Made by a program: the position numbers and the translations under genes. The notes beneath the pieces are model-generated. The model ran no database searches. It saw only the letters and a list, made by a program, of their open reading frames with translations, and was not told the origin of the DNA. From the human T2T-CHM13v2.0 reference genome, Homo sapiens, in assembly GCF_009914755.1 (NCBI RefSeq), contig NC_060930.1: a stretch of DNA of 64,000 nt, one strand, 5' to 3'. Every line of letters begins with the position of its first letter. The first letter of the stretch is position 1. Positions 58,705 through 64,000 of this stretch are shown here, in pieces.

Positions 58705-59080
58705 GAGCATTTATTCAGTCAGTCAGCATTTATTGAGTGCTTATTGTGTACCAGACATTGTTTTAAGCACCAAAAATATAAGAAAAATAATGCATTTTAA
58801 GATGCTCATTTGTAGTGGGGGCAAGAGCTACATGCACAGATAGAATATAATGTGGTAAATGCAGAGTTAGAAATATGTGCAGGACATTTCAGTAGCACAG
58901 AGGAGAGGATTCTGGTTGAGATAGGGTGCAGGGGCTTGTTCAGGACAGTTTCCAGGGAGGTGATTATAAGATGAATCTTGAGCATGCATAGGGGTCCATG
59001 CCTGGAAGGACAGAGAGAGGCCAGGCCAGGCAGAGGGAGCAAGACTGGGATGTGATAGACACCACAGAGTGTATGTGGGA
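58705..59080 (-). mobile_element. L2 3' fragment
   Basis: CATTTATTGAGTGCTTATTGTGTACCAGACATTG is an antisense L2 3' end. Confidence 0.65.
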
Positions 59081-59084
59081 GCAT

Positions 59085-59177
59085 GAGAGAGAGAGAGAGA
59101 CAGAAAGAGAGGGCGGCGGGGAGCGGTAGTGGGAGGCGGTGGCTGGAGAGAAAAAGGAGGAGGAGGAGGAGAGAGAA
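59085..59177. repeat. Purine-rich compound repeat (GA)n / G-rich / (GGA)n
   Basis: Read directly from the sequence. Confidence 0.85.
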
Positions 59178-60859
59178 ATTTAAAACAATTCAAGTTTGAG
59201 AGTACATTGAGTCAAGAAACTGGCAAGCCTTGTGTCTGGAGGGCAGGGTAAGGACTTGCATAAGCCAGGTTAAGACACACAACACTGACAGCAAATAGCA
59301 GCCTCCTACTGTGTGCCAGGCACTATGTGAGGGGCTCTGCACTTATGATATCATGGAGTCATCACAACCCCATGAGGAGCGTATGATTATTGCCATCTGG
59401 TTACAGGTGAAGAAAATGAGGTCAGGGGAGGTTAAATAATTTGCCCAAGGTTGCACTGCTGGCTTGGATCCAAGGTCTGACCCAAGGTTCTAACACTTAG
59501 CCATCTATTTTCCTCTCCTCTAAAGAACTGTCTGGTTGAAACCCCATTTTGGAGATACAGGAGTGGCAGAGAGGCTAAAGGGGGAGTCCTTCCCAGGTAG
59601 GCAGAATTTTTTGCATAGAGCTGCACAGGAAGCAGGACCTGCAGTGAGAAGAAGGCAGCTTTGATTCTAGCTCAGTTGTTCTCAGCCTAAGCCGCACGTG
59701 GAATTGTCAAGGAAATACCTGCTCGGGCCTTACCCCAGAGATTCCCATTTAATTAGGGATGGAGAATCAGTTTTTTAAAAGCTCCTCAGGTGATTCTAGT
59801 GTGCAACAAGGGCTGCTGGAAAGCATCATTCCTATCTAGCTCCTTCTATGCTGGGACTGCCAGGGCTGAGGGGAGATGCCTTAGCCCCTACCCTGTATGC
59901 ATTCCTCTTTGACCCCAGCCTCTGTGAATTTCTCTCTTTTCCTCCAGTGTCCTGAAATTTTGTGTGCATTTCAGTGTGGAATCCTCTAAAGTGATCTTAA
60001 GCCCACGTTACTGCCACAGCTTCCAAGTCTGCCATCCATGCTTACCATGCGGGTGCCACGGCACAAGGGTTGCACAGGGTAAGGAGGCTCAGAAACACCA
60101 GGGGAGCAGGTGGAGAGAGACATGGGTGAACTTGGTGACGCTGGTTTTCTCTATAAATGACTTCTAGATTGGTGAACCAGGGTGGAAGGGGCATGAGACA
60201 TACAGAGGCCTAAACTGGCAAATAGATAATGTGGAGAGGACACCATGAGCTCTTTCTTCAGAGCCACTGCAGATACCTGCAGGCTGCAGAGGTCCCACTG
60301 TTGACAGTTGCTCTTCCTATAGGTGGTTGCAAATGTTTCCTACACCCTGATCATTCCTTCCATAATTCACAGCACTATTGATTAGATTGTGACTGAGATA
60401 CTGACCTGGGGGTAACTGATATATACGTTAAGTCAGGTGAGAAAACAGGGTTTTCTGGGGGCAGGGACTATGCCCAGAGACAGGAGGAAGAAGGGGTGAT
60501 GACCTTAGCACTCCCCAGGCAGGGAAAAAACCAAGAGGTAGATGAGGATGTGAATGGCAAAAAGAAACAGCAGGGAGCTGTTGATGAAGTAATGAACACC
60601 AGTAACCCACAGAACCGGAGCTGGAACAGACAGGCGGGTGCCAGCACAGCTGACCTGTGTCTTGTTCTCACTCTGCTCCTGGCTCATCTGCTCACTCTGC
60701 ATGTCACCATCCTCCCTCTCCACCCAGGGCACGGTTTCAAGATTTAGGTCAGATGTCATCTTTTTCTGTGATGTTTTCTCCTATTCCACAGTCAAGATTA
60801 ATTTCTTCTTCCCGTGACGTTTATTTATTGCTGTTTCTTGCACATGCCAGGCATAGTGT

Positions 60860-61190
60860 TTATTCTGTCCTTGCTCTTTCAACTCTGCCTGGAAGGCTCT
60901 TCCCCAGCCACCCTAATGACTCACTCACCTCCTTCAGGTCTTTATTCAAATGCCACCTTCTCAGTGAGGACTCCTACTCCCCTGGGCTTTATCACTGGAG
61001 CCCAGGTTGCATCCCCCTTGTCTGCTTTGTTTTCCTCCATATCACTCATGGTCATTTCAACAATCCACATGTTAGAATCCCATACCAGGAAGGCAGAGAT
61101 CCTTGTGTTCTGCTTTATGTCTAGCACTCAGAACACAGACGGACACACAGTGGGTGCTCAGTGCATACTGGTTGAATGAATGAATAAATC
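60860..61190 (+). mobile_element. L2a 3' end
   Basis: CTCACCTCCTTCAGGTCTTTATTCAAATGCCACCTTCTCAGTGAGG...GGTTGAATGAATGAAT. Confidence 0.8.
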
Positions 61191-61276
61191 CTGCCTTGTG
61201 TTGTAATTGCAAGGGTAGCTGTCTAACTCATTAGATTACAAACCTCACAAAACAGGAATCAGGCTACATCCCCCTT

Positions 61277-61639
61277 TGATATGGTTTGGCTGTGTCCCCA
61301 CCTAAATCTCATCTTGAATTGTAGCTTCAGTAAGTCCCACGTGTCATGGGACGGACCCAGTGGGAGTAATTAAATCATGGGGGCAGGTCTTTCCCATGCT
61401 GTTCTTGTGATAGTGAATAAGTCTCATGAGATCTAATGGTTTTATAAAGAGCAGTTCCCCTGCACACACTCTGTTGGCTGCTGCCATGTAAGATGTGACT
61501 TTGCTCTTCATTTGTCTTCAGCCATGATTGTGAGGCCTCCCCAGCCATGTGGAGCTGTGAGTCAATTAAACCTCTTTCCTTTATAAATTACCCAGTCTCG
61601 GATATATCTTTATTAGCAGCATGAGAACAGACTAATACA
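61277..61639 (+). mobile_element. THE1B/THE1C MaLR solo LTR
   Basis: TGATATGGTTTGGCTGTGTCCCCACC...GAGAACAGACTAATACA; 5-bp TSD CCCTT/CCCTG. Confidence 0.93.
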
Positions 61640-63869
61640 CCCTGTATCTCTCATAGCACCTTAGAAGTTAACATGTTTTTGTTGTATTGAAGTGAATTGG
61701 GCATTAACTTGAAATCCTTCAGTCTCCCCCGAAGGGCCAGTTTGTCTGTTTGACTGTTGGCTACTTTAATGTGCTGCTCTTATTTTATATTTTTGGCATA
61801 GACTCACTTCAGAATACTATTCAAGGAACTTATGCCAATTCAAAAGCCTTGTTTTGTTCAAGTGGAGGCTGTTGTGGAATATTCATTCATTTGCATATTC
61901 CCAATACTTTAAATCATTCTAGACATTTTCATGGAGTAAGGCATTGGGACATTTTTCACTGGGCTCTACATTTTTCTGACCTCCTTTTGGCTCTTTTAAT
62001 TATAATTGTTACAAAAACAATATTTACAGAGTGCCAAAAGTCCTGGTGTTTTTATGAAAAATTACTTTTGGAGAGAATATCATTTTTTGATATTTTGCCC
62101 TCCCAATCTGATTCATTCAGAGAATATAATGAATTCTGCTGAAGAACTATTGCCAATGTGTTTTTTTCCTAAATGGATATGTGGATATGACAATATAATG
62201 TATCATAGCAATCTTGTTTCGATGACTTTCTGGATAATGGCAGTATCCAAAGTGGAAACCTGAGAATTATCTCTTCTTGAATAGGTTATCAGGAAAAGAT
62301 TTTTCTCCCTTAATGAGACCAATTCCAATTTCTTCTCCCCCCCGCAAACCATATCCCATTTATAGTTTCAAAGTACAAAAGTAACAGTATGCTGGCTTTA
62401 ACACTTGGATACTAGAAAGCATAATTCTCCTTGCATATGAGAAAGCCACTTAATTTTGTCAAGGTGGTAAGAGAAATACACACCTATAGACATCACAGGG
62501 ATGTAAGATCTTCTGTAGTCTCAGGTGAAAAATATTTAGTATATCATTGCTTGGGTGCCAAGAACTGGGTTTTGAACTTGGTGTTGCTCCTGAAATATCT
62601 GCTAAATTGAAATAGTTAATATTAAGTTGGCCAAACAAAAGAATGAAACACAAAACAGTGGCAGAAAATAAGAGGACCTTTTTCAGGTGTCCATTCAAAA
62701 GTTGTCAAGTTGTGTCTCTCCTGAAGTCTCAGTGGACTCTTGAGGAAAGGAAATGCGATTTCTTATGTGGATAGGTCCCACTGTGCCAAGTGCTAACAAG
62801 GCAGGGATTCATGGCAAGTCACTGCTCCTCCACTGAGCTCCCCTTCTTTGCCTGCCTTTCCTATCCATTCATTTATTCCTACTTCATCTCTTCCACTCTT
62901 CCCATTTCCTGCTTCTGATGTCTCCTCTGGCATCCAACGCTGTGCCTTGTTGGTGGCACTGATGACTAATTGGTGGCACTGATTGTTAGGTCTTTGAAAT
63001 TAAAGGAGTTTTCAGACTTCTTCAATATCCCCAAATAGATCCACTTATAAGTATAATAAAAAGAGCTACCACTTATTAAATCCCTGTTATGAGCTAGGTA
63101 CTCTAAATACTTAATCCTAATCTTAAAAATAACACTAGCATTTTATAGATTAAAAAAAAAAGGAGGCTCTGAGAGTTGGGTACCTTGTCTGAAGTCATAT
63201 TGGTCAGATGGAGAAGTAGTAGTAATTAAATTAGCACCCATTTCTGATTCCTTAGTCCATTATATGTCCAAATTTACATTCATTCATTGAACAAGTACTT
63301 ATTGAACATCTATATGCCATGATAGTTCTAGGTGCTGGGAAAAGGACAGTCACTGATCTCATAAAGTGATGGATATTGCCTTCATCTGTTGACTTGAAAA
63401 AATCATTATCTTCACAAAACGGCTTTTGGATTAATTTTGTTCTCTAAAAAAGATGTCTACTATGGTACTAGCATAATTAAAAGCAAAATATATTTGGGTT
63501 AGTAAGATTTTTCCTGTTATTACTGTTAGAGCAGTTGCTACTTAAATGATGGAATGGTGGAAATGTGGGCAAAAGGTCTTGATGTCTGAAGAGGCCACAT
63601 AAAAACAGAACCCAGCGTTAGGAGAAGCTGAGTTGGAATGAGCAGGTAACCATGCAGGAATATCTTATATATACACTTTAGTTTCCTTCCTAGCATCTCT
63701 CGGAATGGCTGAAAATATGACACTTGACAGTCCTTTGTACCGGACCCATCTACGTGGCTCCCCTGGTAAAAAATCCTGAGTTGTAATTTATGGCAAACAT
63801 TTCTTCAAGCTCCTGCTCTTGGAATGGAATACATGAATGTGAATTCCACCAAAGATAGTAATGGTGAGT

Positions 63870-64000
63870 TGTCTTAGTCCCTGCAAGCTGCTATAACAAA
63901 ATAATGTGGACTGGGTAGCTTATAAACAACAGAAATGTATTTCTTAGTTTTGGAGGCTTGGTAGATTCAGTGTCTGGTGAGCGCTTGCTTCCTAGTTCAC
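63870..64000 (-). mobile_element. MST/MLT1A-type MaLR LTR (runs off the window end)
   Basis: TGTCTTAGTCC..GCTGCTATAACAAAATA..ACTGGGTAGCTTATAAACAACAGAAAT. Confidence 0.75.

Noticed and set aside
61750-62263. Possible coding exon (AG at 61801, GTAAG near 61936)
   Set aside because: No recognisable protein in any frame, a weak donor context and no partner exons.

Overview
This window is not prokaryotic. It is AT-rich, CpG-depleted primate (very likely human) non-coding DNA, dense in interspersed repeats. These include about a dozen Alus (J, S and Y types, most with TSDs), L1/HAL1 and L2 fragments, MIRs, an internally deleted Tigger1, small MER DNA transposons and several solo LTRs (LTR10, MER67-like, MLT1, LTR41, THE1, MST). 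I find no intact protein-coding gene. The only protein-derived sequence is a 5'-truncated RPSA processed pseudogene on the minus strand (about 9.2-9.9 kb), directly downstream of a same-sense Alu. That layout resembles my recollection of the last exon of lncRNA RPSAP52 upstream of HMGA2 (unverified). The most unusual signal is inside the retrocopy: about 100 bp appear to have gained CpGs through repeated TpG/CpA->CpG changes, the reverse of normal pseudogene decay. Other points of interest are a convergent pair of CTCF motifs (one supplied by a CpG-retaining LTR41), an Alu nested antisense inside another Alu, an LTR10 with a minimal AP-1 repeat and a junction-created in-frame ATG. Repeat family names come from remembered consensus sequences and need RepeatMasker/Dfam confirmation.
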